Shown: positions 37,424-46,270 of the stretch, piece by piece | How positions within the stretch are numbered: position 1 is the stretch's first letter | Layout: the number at the start of each line of letters is the position of its first letter | Source of the DNA: a virus | Direction: 5' to 3' (one strand) | Virus record (IMG/VR): IMGVR_UViG_3300042522_000315 | Span: 1 to 64,000 of that record | DNA: 64,000 bases | The notes under the pieces: generated by a model | Seen by the model: the letters and a program-made list of their open reading frames with translations, nothing else | What the model was told of the DNA's origin: nothing | Databases searched by the model: none | Translations under genes and position numbers: made by a program

Positions 37424-37874
37424 CAGCGATAGTCTACAGGCAAAGCTAGGTCGCGCTGGTGAGACAATAGTCCTCAACTACTTCAGTCGAAAGGGTGTTG
37501 TAGTTGAGGCATCTATTGATCAGTATGACAGTCAGAAAGACATGATTGTAAAGAACAAGAAGATTGAGGTCAAAACTCAGGTGCCCTTTGTCAGCAAGGA
37601 TTCATTTTCGTTCAAGCAAAACCAGCTTAAGAAGTGTCTCAATGCTGACTGGGTATTCTTTGTTTCAATACCAACAAAAAAGAGAGAGCATTTCAGCACT
37701 GGTAAAGTCTATGCCATTGAGTCAAAGAAGATGCAGTATAGTGGCTATCAGACGAAAGATGGTAGAGATATGATACTCATACCTATCAAGCAAGAAAGCA
37801 TGAAAGAACTCTTTTCTATGACTGAAGAAGAGTGTAAGATACTTCAAAGATACTCAGTTTCGGAGTGGAATTAA
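37410..37874 (+). CDS. PD-(D/E)xK nuclease-like protein
   Basis: LGRAGETIV...KD.IV...IEVKT. Confidence 0.55.
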   Translation: MNMFDSDSLQAKLGRAGETIVLNYFSRKGVVVEASIDQYDSQKDMIVKNKKIEVKTQVPFVSKDSFSFKQNQLKKCLNADWVFFVSIPTKKREHFSTGKVYAIESKKMQYSGYQTKDGRDMILIPIKQESMKELFSMTEEECKILQRYSVSEWN

Positions 37875-38293
37875 TGACTGATCTATTCAAAGAAGTTGTG
37901 CCTGCAATACTGCAAACAAAGAAGAACGTCATAACGGTTGATAATGAAAAAGAATACAATCCATTCATTATCAACCGTGCTTTGTCATATCATTATGACT
38001 GCATTCTGTTCTCAAATGAGATGAACAAGATGCCAAATACAGATAAGCTTCTTCAATTTCACTATCTGCTAAATACTATCAGGTCATATAAAAGACCTTT
38101 TCAGAAATGGCATAAAAAAGATAGTGCTGATGACATAGAAGTTATCAAAGAGTACTACCAGTACTCTGATGAAAAGGCAAAGGAAGCTATGAAAATTCTT
38201 TCAAATGACCAGATAAATGAGATAAGAAAAAGAATAGATAAAGGTGGTTTGAATGATAAATCTAAGCGAACTCGTGGAGGTAACGCTAAATGA
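37874..38293 (+). CDS. gp62: clamp loader small subunit gp62
   Basis: YNPFIINRALS, NEMN, KEYYQYSDEKAKEA, KGG. Confidence 0.93.
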   Translation: MTDLFKEVVPAILQTKKNVITVDNEKEYNPFIINRALSYHYDCILFSNEMNKMPNTDKLLQFHYLLNTIRSYKRPFQKWHKKDSADDIEVIKEYYQYSDEKAKEAMKILSNDQINEIRKRIDKGGLNDKSKRTRGGNAK

Positions 38294-38657
38294 ACCAGAT
38301 GACTTCTTAAAGATTAAAGAAACGCTTTCGCGCATCGGTGTAGCCTCAAAAAAAGAAAAGACACTATATCAATCCTGTCATATTCTCCACAAGCAGGGTA
38401 AGTACTACATAGTACACTTCAAACAGCTATTCATATTGGATGGTAAACAATCAGACTTTTCGGATGAAGATCGTGGTCGATTGAATACGATTGCTAATCT
38501 GCTTCATGAATGGAATCTAGCAAATCTTGTAGATGAAGAAAAGTCCAAAGATCCTGTCTCACCGCTAAGTCAAATCAAGATCATTTCACATAAAGAAAAG
38601 TCCGAGTGGAATCTTGTAGCTAAATATAATATAGGCAAGAAACGCAAGGAAGAATAG
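38253..38657 (+). CDS. regA: translational repressor RegA
   Basis: PDDFLKIKETLSRIGVAS, LYQSCHILHKQGKYYIVHFK. Confidence 0.96.
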   Translation: MINLSELVEVTLNEPDDFLKIKETLSRIGVASKKEKTLYQSCHILHKQGKYYIVHFKQLFILDGKQSDFSDEDRGRLNTIANLLHEWNLANLVDEEKSKDPVSPLSQIKIISHKEKSEWNLVAKYNIGKKRKEE

Positions 38658-38658
38658 T

Positions 38659-39975
38659 ATGGCACAGTTCCGTAAAGATACTCACAAGTATCTACCACAA
38701 GAGACTACAATCTTTGAAGTCATGATGTTAGCCGATCAATACGGCAATCTTGTTGGTCCAGCTAATCCGTCTGGTATGTCCGTAGACGCATTTGGTCGTT
38801 CTAGAGTTTCTATGCCATTAACCCTATTCGATTCATCTCACAGATATAGAGACAACGGACTTTGGGTACAGTCTAATAGTTCTGGTACCACAATCACATT
38901 CTCTCCTAACGAAGGTCTAATCAATCTCTCTGTTGGTACAACTAGCAGTCAAGAAATTATCCGTGAGACAACCAAAGTCTTCTCATATCAACCTGGTAAA
39001 TCATTACAGGTAATGAATACGTTTGTAATGGCCAATGCTCAGACAAATCTAATACAACGTGTCGGATACTTTGGTGCAAACAACGGCATCTACCTAGAAC
39101 AGGCCAACAACGATATCTATTTTGTTGAAAGAAGTTTATCATCTGGCGTAGTGACTGAAAATAGAGTTGCACAAGCAGATTGGAATATAGACACACTTCT
39201 TGGTGCAGTAGAGGGTAGCCCATCTCAGAGAACTTTAGACTTGAGTAAAGCACAAATTCTCTTTACAGATATTGAATGGTTAGGTCTTGGTTCTGTTCGT
39301 TGTGGATTTGTAATCGACGGTCAACTAATTCACTGCCACTCTTTTCATCACGCCAATCGCATCACTTCTACATATATGACTACTGCATCTCTGCCTCTGA
39401 GATATGAGATTAGGAATGTTGGTACTACAGGCAACAATAGCATATTGAAGCAGGTGTGTTCTACTGTCATCTCAGAAGGTGGTTACGAACTCAGAGGATT
39501 CCAGCAGGCTATTGGTACAGAAATAAAAACACCTAGAAACTTGCCTATTGCTGGTACAGACTATGTTGTTGCATCAATACGATTGAAAGCTGACAGAAAA
39601 GATGCTATAGTTATTCTTACTGCATTATCAGTAATGGGTATTGGTAATAACGGTAAGTTTTTATGGAAAGTCATTCGTAACGGAACATTGGCTAATAACA
39701 CGTTTACATCTGCTGGTACAGATTCGGCTGTTGAATATAACATGGTAGCAAACAATGTTGTAACTGGTGGCGTAGTAATGGCTCAAGGATATATGGCATC
39801 AGATACTCAGAGTTCCGTGCCGACCGATATTCTAAAAGAAGCACTATTTAAGTTCCAGTTAGAAAGAGATTCTTTGAATGGTACAGCTGGTTATCCTCTA
39901 ACTCTCTCAGTTACAGGAGTGACTGATGGTTTAGAAGTTCATGGTTCCATGGATTGGGAAGAAATTTCAAGATAA
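38659..39975 (+). CDS. putative virion structural protein (beta-sandwich)
   Basis: DAFGRSRVS.P.TLFDS, YQPGKS, EWLGLGSVRCGF; preceded by a late-like CTAAATA box. Confidence 0.55.
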   Translation: MAQFRKDTHKYLPQETTIFEVMMLADQYGNLVGPANPSGMSVDAFGRSRVSMPLTLFDSSHRYRDNGLWVQSNSSGTTITFSPNEGLINLSVGTTSSQEIIRETTKVFSYQPGKSLQVMNTFVMANAQTNLIQRVGYFGANNGIYLEQANNDIYFVERSLSSGVVTENRVAQADWNIDTLLGAVEGSPSQRTLDLSKAQILFTDIEWLGLGSVRCGFVIDGQLIHCHSFHHANRITSTYMTTASLPLRYEIRNVGTTGNNSILKQVCSTVISEGGYELRGFQQAIGTEIKTPRNLPIAGTDYVVASIRLKADRKDAIVILTALSVMGIGNNGKFLWKVIRNGTLANNTFTSAGTDSAVEYNMVANNVVTGGVVMAQGYMASDTQSSVPTDILKEALFKFQLERDSLNGTAGYPLTLSVTGVTDGLEVHGSMDWEEISR

Positions 39976-39995
39976 TAATGACAACGGAGTATATT

Positions 39996-40568
39996 ATGAA
40001 TAGATTGAGCGTTTACAAGACACATCCTAATATCGTATTACCAAAGTTCGCAACAAGGCAGTCGGCTTGTTTTGATATCTCATTTCAGAGTGCTGGTAAA
40101 TTTGAATTCAAAGGATACAATCAATACAATGCACCTTACACACGACAAATGAGTAATGGTAAAGCTCGTATCATGCCTGGTGATCGTGCTATGTTGCCTA
40201 CTGGATTGATCTTTGATATCCCAAAGGGATACTCTGTTCGTATTCATCCAAGATCAGGTCTATCTTTAAAGCAGGGTCTTGTTCTTGCAAATATGGAAGC
40301 CGTGATTGATTCAGATTATGTTGAAGAAACATTCATTCTCATAGCAAACTTGTCAGATGTAGATTATTCAATTCTTGATGGTGATCGTATCGCACAAGCA
40401 GAATTAATCAAGCAAGAAGAGTATGTTCTATGGGAAATTTTTGATGCGCCAAATAAGAAGACAGATAGAGTTGGTGGTCTAGGTTCAACTGGTGTCTCTC
40501 TTTCAGGTGATTTAGAAATTGTTCTACCGATTAAGCGCGGCAGAGGAAGACCAAGAAAGGTAGTGTAA
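39996..40568 (+). CDS. dut: dUTPase
   Basis: SACFD, PTGL, PRSGLS, VIDSDY, GDRIAQ, R.GG.GSTG. Confidence 0.92.
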   Translation: MNRLSVYKTHPNIVLPKFATRQSACFDISFQSAGKFEFKGYNQYNAPYTRQMSNGKARIMPGDRAMLPTGLIFDIPKGYSVRIHPRSGLSLKQGLVLANMEAVIDSDYVEETFILIANLSDVDYSILDGDRIAQAELIKQEEYVLWEIFDAPNKKTDRVGGLGSTGVSLSGDLEIVLPIKRGRGRPRKVV

Positions 40569-40939
40569 TGCCAGGACTAGCACGTAAGGGTGGTATAGAT
40601 ACTGTAGCAGCACCAGACGGTACACCAGGTACAATATGTCCGAGTGGTTTACCAAGGTGTGATAATCCATCAACTCAAGCTACAGATGAAGGATCATCTA
40701 CGGTCTTTGTAGGTAATCCGCCTTATGGTGTAGTTAGATTTGGTGATAAGATGACTGGTCACACTACAATTCCTTGCGGTTGTCCCGTGCATATACCTCC
40801 TATGGTAGTGTGCTCATCATTTGTCTATGTAGAAGGTAAAAGATTAGCTCGTCAAGATGATGAATATGTTGCTGATGGTATATATCATCCAATCTCTTCT
40901 TCTGAAGAAACTGTAGTTGATGGTAGTCCAAAATCTTAA
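40568..40939 (+). CDS. PAAR-like spike tip protein (gp5.4-like)
   Basis: MPGLARKG, GSSTVFV, VVRFGD, C..H, VYVEGK.LAR.DD. Confidence 0.75.
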   Translation: MPGLARKGGIDTVAAPDGTPGTICPSGLPRCDNPSTQATDEGSSTVFVGNPPYGVVRFGDKMTGHTTIPCGCPVHIPPMVVCSSFVYVEGKRLARQDDEYVADGIYHPISSSEETVVDGSPKS

Positions 40940-41000
40940 AATTGTCTAAAATGTTGTCTATATATTGATGTGAGAATGAAGTAATGCGTATCTCACTTAT

Positions 41001-41070
41001 GCGGGGTAGTTTAATGAAAACGGTTGGTTCCAATCAAACGATGTGAGTGTCAAGTCTTACCCCCGCTCCA
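41001..41070 (+). pseudogene. degenerate tRNA-Gly-like element
   Basis: GCGGGG...CCCCGC-T-CCA ends and a TTCCAA loop; 6-bp acceptor stem, no D-loop GG, non-canonical T-loop. Confidence 0.55.
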
Positions 41071-41123
41071 GCTTCGCCTAATGGGAAGCTATAACTAAAC
41101 AACTTGCTTAATAGGAGTTACAA
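41070..41123 (+). promoter_or_regulatory. ROSE-like RNA thermometer in the hsp20 leader
   Basis: AACTTGCT-TAAT-AGGAGTT: TTGCT pairs with the SD leaving a bulged G; upstream hairpin AGCTTC/GAAGCT. Confidence 0.7.
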
Positions 41124-41618
41124 ATGCACAAGTTAATCTACGATCCTTTTTCTTTTTCTAAGCAATTCAACACAACAATTGGTTTTGAACCTATTCTCAA
41201 GCGTCTTGCTGAGATGAGTGAAGCCATGCCTAAGATTCCAACTTATCCTCCATATAACATCAAGAAGGTTGATGAAAATAAGTATGTGATTGAGTTGGCT
41301 GTGGCCGGTTTCGGTAAGCAGGATCTTGAACTTGAACTGCAAGATGGTACACTTACCATCAAGGGTAATGTCTCATCAGAAGATGCTGACTATATCTACA
41401 AGGGTATTGCAGAACGAGCATTCACTCGACAGTTCACACTTGCAGATACAGTTGAAGTCAAGAATGCAGACTTGATCAACGGTATGCTCAAGATTTGGCT
41501 TGAACGCTTCATTCCTGAAGAGAAGAAGCCAAAGAAGATCAACATTGGTGAAAAAGAAGATTCACATAATGGTGAAGCGACAAAGCAGTTCTTATCAGAA
41601 AAGTATGGCGACAAGTAA
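41124..41618 (+). CDS. hsp20: small heat shock protein Hsp20 (IbpA-like)
   Basis: YPPYNI, IELAVAGF, YKGIAERAF.R.F.LAD, NGML.I.LER.IPE. Confidence 0.95.
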   Translation: MHKLIYDPFSFSKQFNTTIGFEPILKRLAEMSEAMPKIPTYPPYNIKKVDENKYVIELAVAGFGKQDLELELQDGTLTIKGNVSSEDADYIYKGIAERAFTRQFTLADTVEVKNADLINGMLKIWLERFIPEEKKPKKINIGEKEDSHNGEATKQFLSEKYGDK

Positions 41619-41767
41619 TGGTCAAATACTTAAAGAAATTGTTTTCTGTTCGCAGTCAACAAGAACGTATGCATGACTTTCTAAGTCAAGCTACAGATCA
41701 AGTACATCTTGAATACCTTCAGCGTGAATGGGACCGAATGTCTCATGCACAAAGAAGTAACTGGTAA
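41618..41767 (+). CDS. small DUF3563-like protein (not in the supplied ORF track)
   Basis: MVKYLKKLFSVRSQQERMHDFLSQATDQVHLEYLQREWDR...; TAATG coupling to hsp20. Confidence 0.6.
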   Translation: MVKYLKKLFSVRSQQERMHDFLSQATDQVHLEYLQREWDRMSHAQRSNW

Positions 41768-41778
41768 CTAAACTACAT

Positions 41779-41807
41779 ACTGAGGGGGAATGGTCTCCCT
41801 CAGTTTT
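41779..41807 (+). terminator. intrinsic terminator
   Basis: ACTGAGGGGGA-ATGG-TCTCCCTCAGT-TTT. Confidence 0.7.
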
Positions 41808-41822
41808 ATTATGGAGAAATGT

Positions 41823-42791
41823 ATGAAGAATAATATGATTATTTTGGCTGTTGCTCTTATTGCTTTTGGTACTAGCGCAGCATATGCGTCCCGTGACACT
41901 ATTCGCATTGTGGGTTCTTCCACAGTTTATCCTTTCACAACTGCTGTAGCAGAACAGTTCGGTAAGACATCTGGAGCACCAACTCCTGTTGTTGAGTCTA
42001 CTGGTACAGGCGGTGGCATTAAGTTGTTTTGCGCTGGTGTTGGTGACGAACATCCTGACGCAGTGAACGCATCTCGCCCTATGAAGGACAGCGAAGCTGA
42101 AACTTGTAAGTCAAACGGTGTAACTACAACCGAAGTCAAGATTGGTTATGATGCTATCGTTATTGCTATGGCAAAAGAACATGAAGATATGAACTTAACC
42201 AAAGATGATATCTATCGTGCATTAGCTAAGTTTGTAATCATTGATGGTGAAGTTGTTGAGAATCCATATAAGACATGGAAGGACGTAAATCCTGCATTGC
42301 CTGATGGTAAGATTGAAGTGCTTGGTCCTCCGCCTACTTCTGGTACACGCGACTCGTTTGTAGAACTTGTGATGGAAAAGGCATGTAAGGCTGCTATTAA
42401 GGCCAACGAATTGACTGTTACCGAAGATGAAGAAAAGTCTATGTGTAAGTCTATGCGTGAAGATGGTGCATTCATTGAAGCTGGTGAGAATGACACTCTA
42501 ATCATTCAGAAGCTACAGAATAATCCAAATGCTCTTGGTATCTTCGGCTATTCGTTCCTTGAAGAAAGTTCATCTACTGTAAAGGGCGCTACAGTTGATG
42601 GTATTGCTCCTGAGTATGATGCAATCAAGGCAGGTAAGTATACTATCTCTCGCCCATTGTTTGTGTATTTCAAGAACGAACACTTTGATGTTATTCCAAA
42701 CTTGAAAGAATTTATGGAAGAGTATCAGAGTGAAGACGCAATCGGTGAAGAAGGTTACTTGACTGAAAAAGGTCTTATCTCACTCAACTAA
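41823..42791 (+). CDS. pstS: phosphate-binding protein PstS (auxiliary metabolic gene)
   Basis: Signal peptide, IVGSSTVYPF, ESTGTGGG, NASR, GPPPTSGTRDSF, SRPLF.Y. Confidence 0.92.
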   Translation: MKNNMIILAVALIAFGTSAAYASRDTIRIVGSSTVYPFTTAVAEQFGKTSGAPTPVVESTGTGGGIKLFCAGVGDEHPDAVNASRPMKDSEAETCKSNGVTTTEVKIGYDAIVIAMAKEHEDMNLTKDDIYRALAKFVIIDGEVVENPYKTWKDVNPALPDGKIEVLGPPPTSGTRDSFVELVMEKACKAAIKANELTVTEDEEKSMCKSMREDGAFIEAGENDTLIIQKLQNNPNALGIFGYSFLEESSSTVKGATVDGIAPEYDAIKAGKYTISRPLFVYFKNEHFDVIPNLKEFMEEYQSEDAIGEEGYLTEKGLISLN

Positions 42792-42835
42792 TTGACAATA
42801 GAAGAGAGATGCTATATACTAGTGTCTCTCTTTTC
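42792..42835 (+). promoter_or_regulatory. sigma70 promoter overlapping a terminator hairpin
   Basis: TTGACA-17 bp-TATACT, with the -10 box in the loop of AAGAGAGATGCTA-TATAC-TAGTGTCTCTCTTTT. Confidence 0.7.
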
Positions 42836-42849
42836 ACTATAGGTATATC

Positions 42850-43602
42850 ATGAAACTCATTATTGAAAAATCTGTGACTGTGATCACACCAACTATTGGC
42901 TCACCAAAACTCACTGACGCATTAAAGAGCGTTGCCAATCAAACATACAAAAATATCAAACATCTTGTCGTTGTTGACGGTCCTGAGCATTTCAGTCCAG
43001 TCATGGATCAGATTCCAAACACTCTTCATTACGATGAGGTGCTTCAAGACAATGTGACTGTTGCATATACACCTTATAATACTGGTGCAAACGGTTTCAA
43101 TGGTCAACGCATCTACGCTTCTTTTCCACATCTCATTGATTCAGATTATATCTTCTTTCTTGATGAAGATAACTGGTATGAACCTGATCATGTGTCAACT
43201 CTTGTTCAAACAATTGAAAAGAACAATCTTGATTGGGCGTATTCGCTTCGCAAGATTTATACTCCAGACAAGCAGTATATTGTCGATGATAACTGTGAGA
43301 GCTTGGGTCGCTGGCCTATCTACTTCACTCACGACAATCCTCAGTATCTTGTAGATACATCTGCTTTTGCTTTCAAGCGCGAGTTTATTCAATTGACTTG
43401 TCATCTCTGGCATTCTGGTGCATGGGGTGAAGATCGCAGATATCTCTATAAGATTAGAGAGATGAGCAAGTGGGACACGAATGGTAAGCATACACTATGC
43501 TATCGTGTAGACAACAATCCACAATCTGTTAATGGAAACTTCTTCATTGAAGGTAACAAGAAACAACTTGAGCATTACAAAGGTCAACTTCCATGGATTT
43601 GA
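42850..43602 (+). CDS. GT2-family glycosyltransferase
   Basis: VTVITPT, SVANQTY, VVVDG, FLDED, GED. Confidence 0.85.
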   Translation: MKLIIEKSVTVITPTIGSPKLTDALKSVANQTYKNIKHLVVVDGPEHFSPVMDQIPNTLHYDEVLQDNVTVAYTPYNTGANGFNGQRIYASFPHLIDSDYIFFLDEDNWYEPDHVSTLVQTIEKNNLDWAYSLRKIYTPDKQYIVDDNCESLGRWPIYFTHDNPQYLVDTSAFAFKREFIQLTCHLWHSGAWGEDRRYLYKIREMSKWDTNGKHTLCYRVDNNPQSVNGNFFIEGNKKQLEHYKGQLPWI

Positions 43603-44315
43603 TAAATTTTTTATACACTGTAAAACAAGATGAAGTCAAAAAGAATGAGAGCATAAAGTTTTTAGGTCATTGTCTATCTCTATGTAACGAATCAACTTCA
43701 CAAAATTTTCAAGATGTGTGGGCACTATACGAAAGCGGATTCAAAAGAGATGGTTTCTATGTCGAGTTTGGTGCCACCGATGGTGTAGATGGAAGTAATA
43801 CATATCTGCTGTCGAAAGATTATAACTGGAAAGGTATTCTAGCAGAACCTAATCCTGTTTGGCATACAAGTCTAAAGCAAAACAGAGATGACGAAAACAC
43901 AGACATATCATTTGATTGTGTCTATACTGAAACGAACAAGACTTTAGATTTTCTTGCTGTTGATGATGCATGTCTGTCCACTATACAAGGTTTTGGTGAT
44001 GACGATGAACACCGAATGAAGAGAAAAGAAAACTCTCTGATCAGCGTTAAGACTGTAAGTCTCGTTGATTTACTTGATAGACACTCAGCACCTTATATTA
44101 TCGATTACATTTCTGTTGATACCGAAGGTAGTGAGTATGATATTCTAGAATCGTTTTTTTCTGCAAACGAATCTTATGACGTTAGAACTTTTACTGTTGA
44201 ACATAACTTCAATGTAGAGTTCAGAGATAGAATTTACCAACTGATGATGAAAAATGGTTATGAGAGAAAGTTCATTGAGTTCTCAAGATGGGATGATTTT
44301 TATTTTAAAGTATGA
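43593..44315 (+). CDS. FkbM-family methyltransferase
   Basis: YVEFGATDG..SNT, WKGILAEPN, IDYISVDTEGSE. Confidence 0.85.
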   Translation: MDLINFLYTVKQDEVKKNESIKFLGHCLSLCNESTSQNFQDVWALYESGFKRDGFYVEFGATDGVDGSNTYLLSKDYNWKGILAEPNPVWHTSLKQNRDDENTDISFDCVYTETNKTLDFLAVDDACLSTIQGFGDDDEHRMKRKENSLISVKTVSLVDLLDRHSAPYIIDYISVDTEGSEYDILESFFSANESYDVRTFTVEHNFNVEFRDRIYQLMMKNGYERKFIEFSRWDDFYFKV

Positions 44316-44324
44316 TGGAGAGTT

Positions 44325-45224
44325 ATGATGAATAAAGATTTGATCATAGGTGGCGCTTCTAACTATGGATGGGACGATCTTAAGTATTGGGTCAATTCGA
44401 TCAAGAAGTCTGGTTTCTCAGGAGATATAGTTCTCGTTGCAACAAATACCACAAAAGAAACAATAGATAAACTCCGCAGTGAGGGTGTTAAAGTTGAGTT
44501 GTATGGTAGACAAGATCAAAATGGTAATGTTGTCGCCAATGTTACTACAGCACCACATGTAGAAAGATTTTTTCATATTTGGAACTATCTCAGAATCAAT
44601 TCTGATAAGTATAACTTTGTTATTACGACTGATACCAGAGATGTTGTATTTCAATCTAATCCTATAGACTATATCAGAAAGACTTTTGAGAATAGAGATG
44701 TTGGGTTGATTGCAGCAGGTGAAGGACTTAGATATAAGGATGAATCTTGGAATCACAATAACTTCTTGTCTTCATTTGATCCTGTAGTCTATGATAAGAT
44801 CCAATACAATGAGATTTTTAATGTTGGTGTCATAGCTGGAACACAAGCTCTGGTGCAAGACTTGCTGTTGCTTCTGTATCAATTGAGTATAAACAGACGT
44901 ATAAATATCGTTGATCAGGCAGTATATAATTTCATTATTCAGTTGCAGTTCTGCTCACAGAATGTTACGCTATTGTCTAATGATTCCGGGTGGACAACAA
45001 ACTTAGCTACGACTATTCATGCAATAAGGTCTGGCTCAGGTGATATTGGTCAAAAAAATGATCCTACTTCCATAATTTTATATGGAACGAAGTACATGGT
45101 AAATCAACCAGATATCATAGATGGTGTGGTTTATACTCATAGTACTGGATTACCTTCTGTCATTGTTCATCAATATGATAGAGTGAACGGGCTTGCAGAA
45201 GCCATATATAAAAAATATAATTAA
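44325..45224 (+). CDS. putative glycosyltransferase (GT-A-like)
   Basis: TTDTRDVVFQSNP, FNVGVIAG, DQAVYN, VHQYDR. Confidence 0.6.
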   Translation: MMNKDLIIGGASNYGWDDLKYWVNSIKKSGFSGDIVLVATNTTKETIDKLRSEGVKVELYGRQDQNGNVVANVTTAPHVERFFHIWNYLRINSDKYNFVITTDTRDVVFQSNPIDYIRKTFENRDVGLIAAGEGLRYKDESWNHNNFLSSFDPVVYDKIQYNEIFNVGVIAGTQALVQDLLLLLYQLSINRRINIVDQAVYNFIIQLQFCSQNVTLLSNDSGWTTNLATTIHAIRSGSGDIGQKNDPTSIILYGTKYMVNQPDIIDGVVYTHSTGLPSVIVHQYDRVNGLAEAIYKKYN

Positions 45225-45238
45225 TACGTGAGGATTAA

Positions 45239-46270
45239 ATGACAAAGACAGTTCTTATTACAGGCGGTGCAGGTTTCATTGCACATCATGTTATCGATAC
45301 AATTCTAAGAGAAACAGATTGGAAGATTGTCAGTCTTGATAGATTAGACTTCTCTGGAAATCTGAATAGGCTTTACGATATACTTCAGTCATATGACCAG
45401 TCTGTCAAGTCAAGAGTGAAGATTGTGTATCACGACTTGAGAGCCGAAATCAATCCGCTTATCAATTCTCTGCTTGGTGATGTTAACATTGTGCTACACA
45501 TGGCAGCAGGATCACATGTTGATCGTTCGATTGAATATCCTGTTGAGTTTTTGATGGACAATACACTTGGCACTGTGAACCTATTGCAGTATGCCAGAAC
45601 TCTTAAGAATCTTGAAAGTTTTGTATACTTCTCTACCGATGAAGTATTTGGTCCTGCACCTTTCGGTGTTAACTATAAAGAATTTGATAGGTACAATTCA
45701 ACTAATCCTTATTCAGCATCAAAGGCTGCCGCTGAAGAGTTTTGTGTTGCATATGAAAATACATACAAGCTTCCTATCTACATCACACATACTATGAATG
45801 TTTTTGGAGAGCGTCAGCATCCTGAAAAGTTTATTCCTATGGTCATTAGAAGAGCCAATACTGGTGAGAAGGTTTACATTCACTCAGACAAGACTAAAAC
45901 AATTCCAGGTTCAAGACATTACATTCATGCCAAGGATGTTGCGTCTGCTCTCATGTTTATTCTAAACCTTGATAGAAACTCTATTCACATTGATGACTAT
46001 GGTGGTGCTAAGTGCCCTAAGTTCAATATTGTTGGTGCTGAAGAAATCAATAACCTAGATTTGGCTCTAATGATTGCAAAGTCTCAAGGTAAAGAATTGA
46101 ATTATGAATTGATAGATTTCCATTCATCTAGACCTGGACACGATCTTCGTTATGCTTTATCTGGTGAGTATATGAGAAATCTTGGTTGGTATCCAAAGAT
46201 TGCTTTGTCTGATCGAATCAGTGAAGTCGTTAACTGGACACTCGCTAATGAGAAGTGGCTGAAGATATGA
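45239..46270 (+). CDS. dTDP-glucose 4,6-dehydratase-like (RmlB/RfbB)
   Basis: TGGAGFI, SHVDRSI, STDEVFG, YSASK, QHPEKFIP, RPGHD.RY. Confidence 0.88.
   Translation: MTKTVLITGGAGFIAHHVIDTILRETDWKIVSLDRLDFSGNLNRLYDILQSYDQSVKSRVKIVYHDLRAEINPLINSLLGDVNIVLHMAAGSHVDRSIEYPVEFLMDNTLGTVNLLQYARTLKNLESFVYFSTDEVFGPAPFGVNYKEFDRYNSTNPYSASKAAAEEFCVAYENTYKLPIYITHTMNVFGERQHPEKFIPMVIRRANTGEKVYIHSDKTKTIPGSRHYIHAKDVASALMFILNLDRNSIHIDDYGGAKCPKFNIVGAEEINNLDLALMIAKSQGKELNYELIDFHSSRPGHDLRYALSGEYMRNLGWYPKIALSDRISEVVNWTLANEKWLKI

Noticed and set aside
41021-41039. Reading the tRNA-like element as tRNA-Trp(CCA)
   Set aside because: A 7-nt TTCCAAT loop is possible but needs a G-A mismatch, and the acceptor sequence and U73 match Gly identity.
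44900-44907. TATAAATA inside a glycosylation-island gene (also at 54650-54657)
   Set aside because: These are intragenic in AT-rich sequence and could be chance matches, so they are not called as promoters without TSS data.
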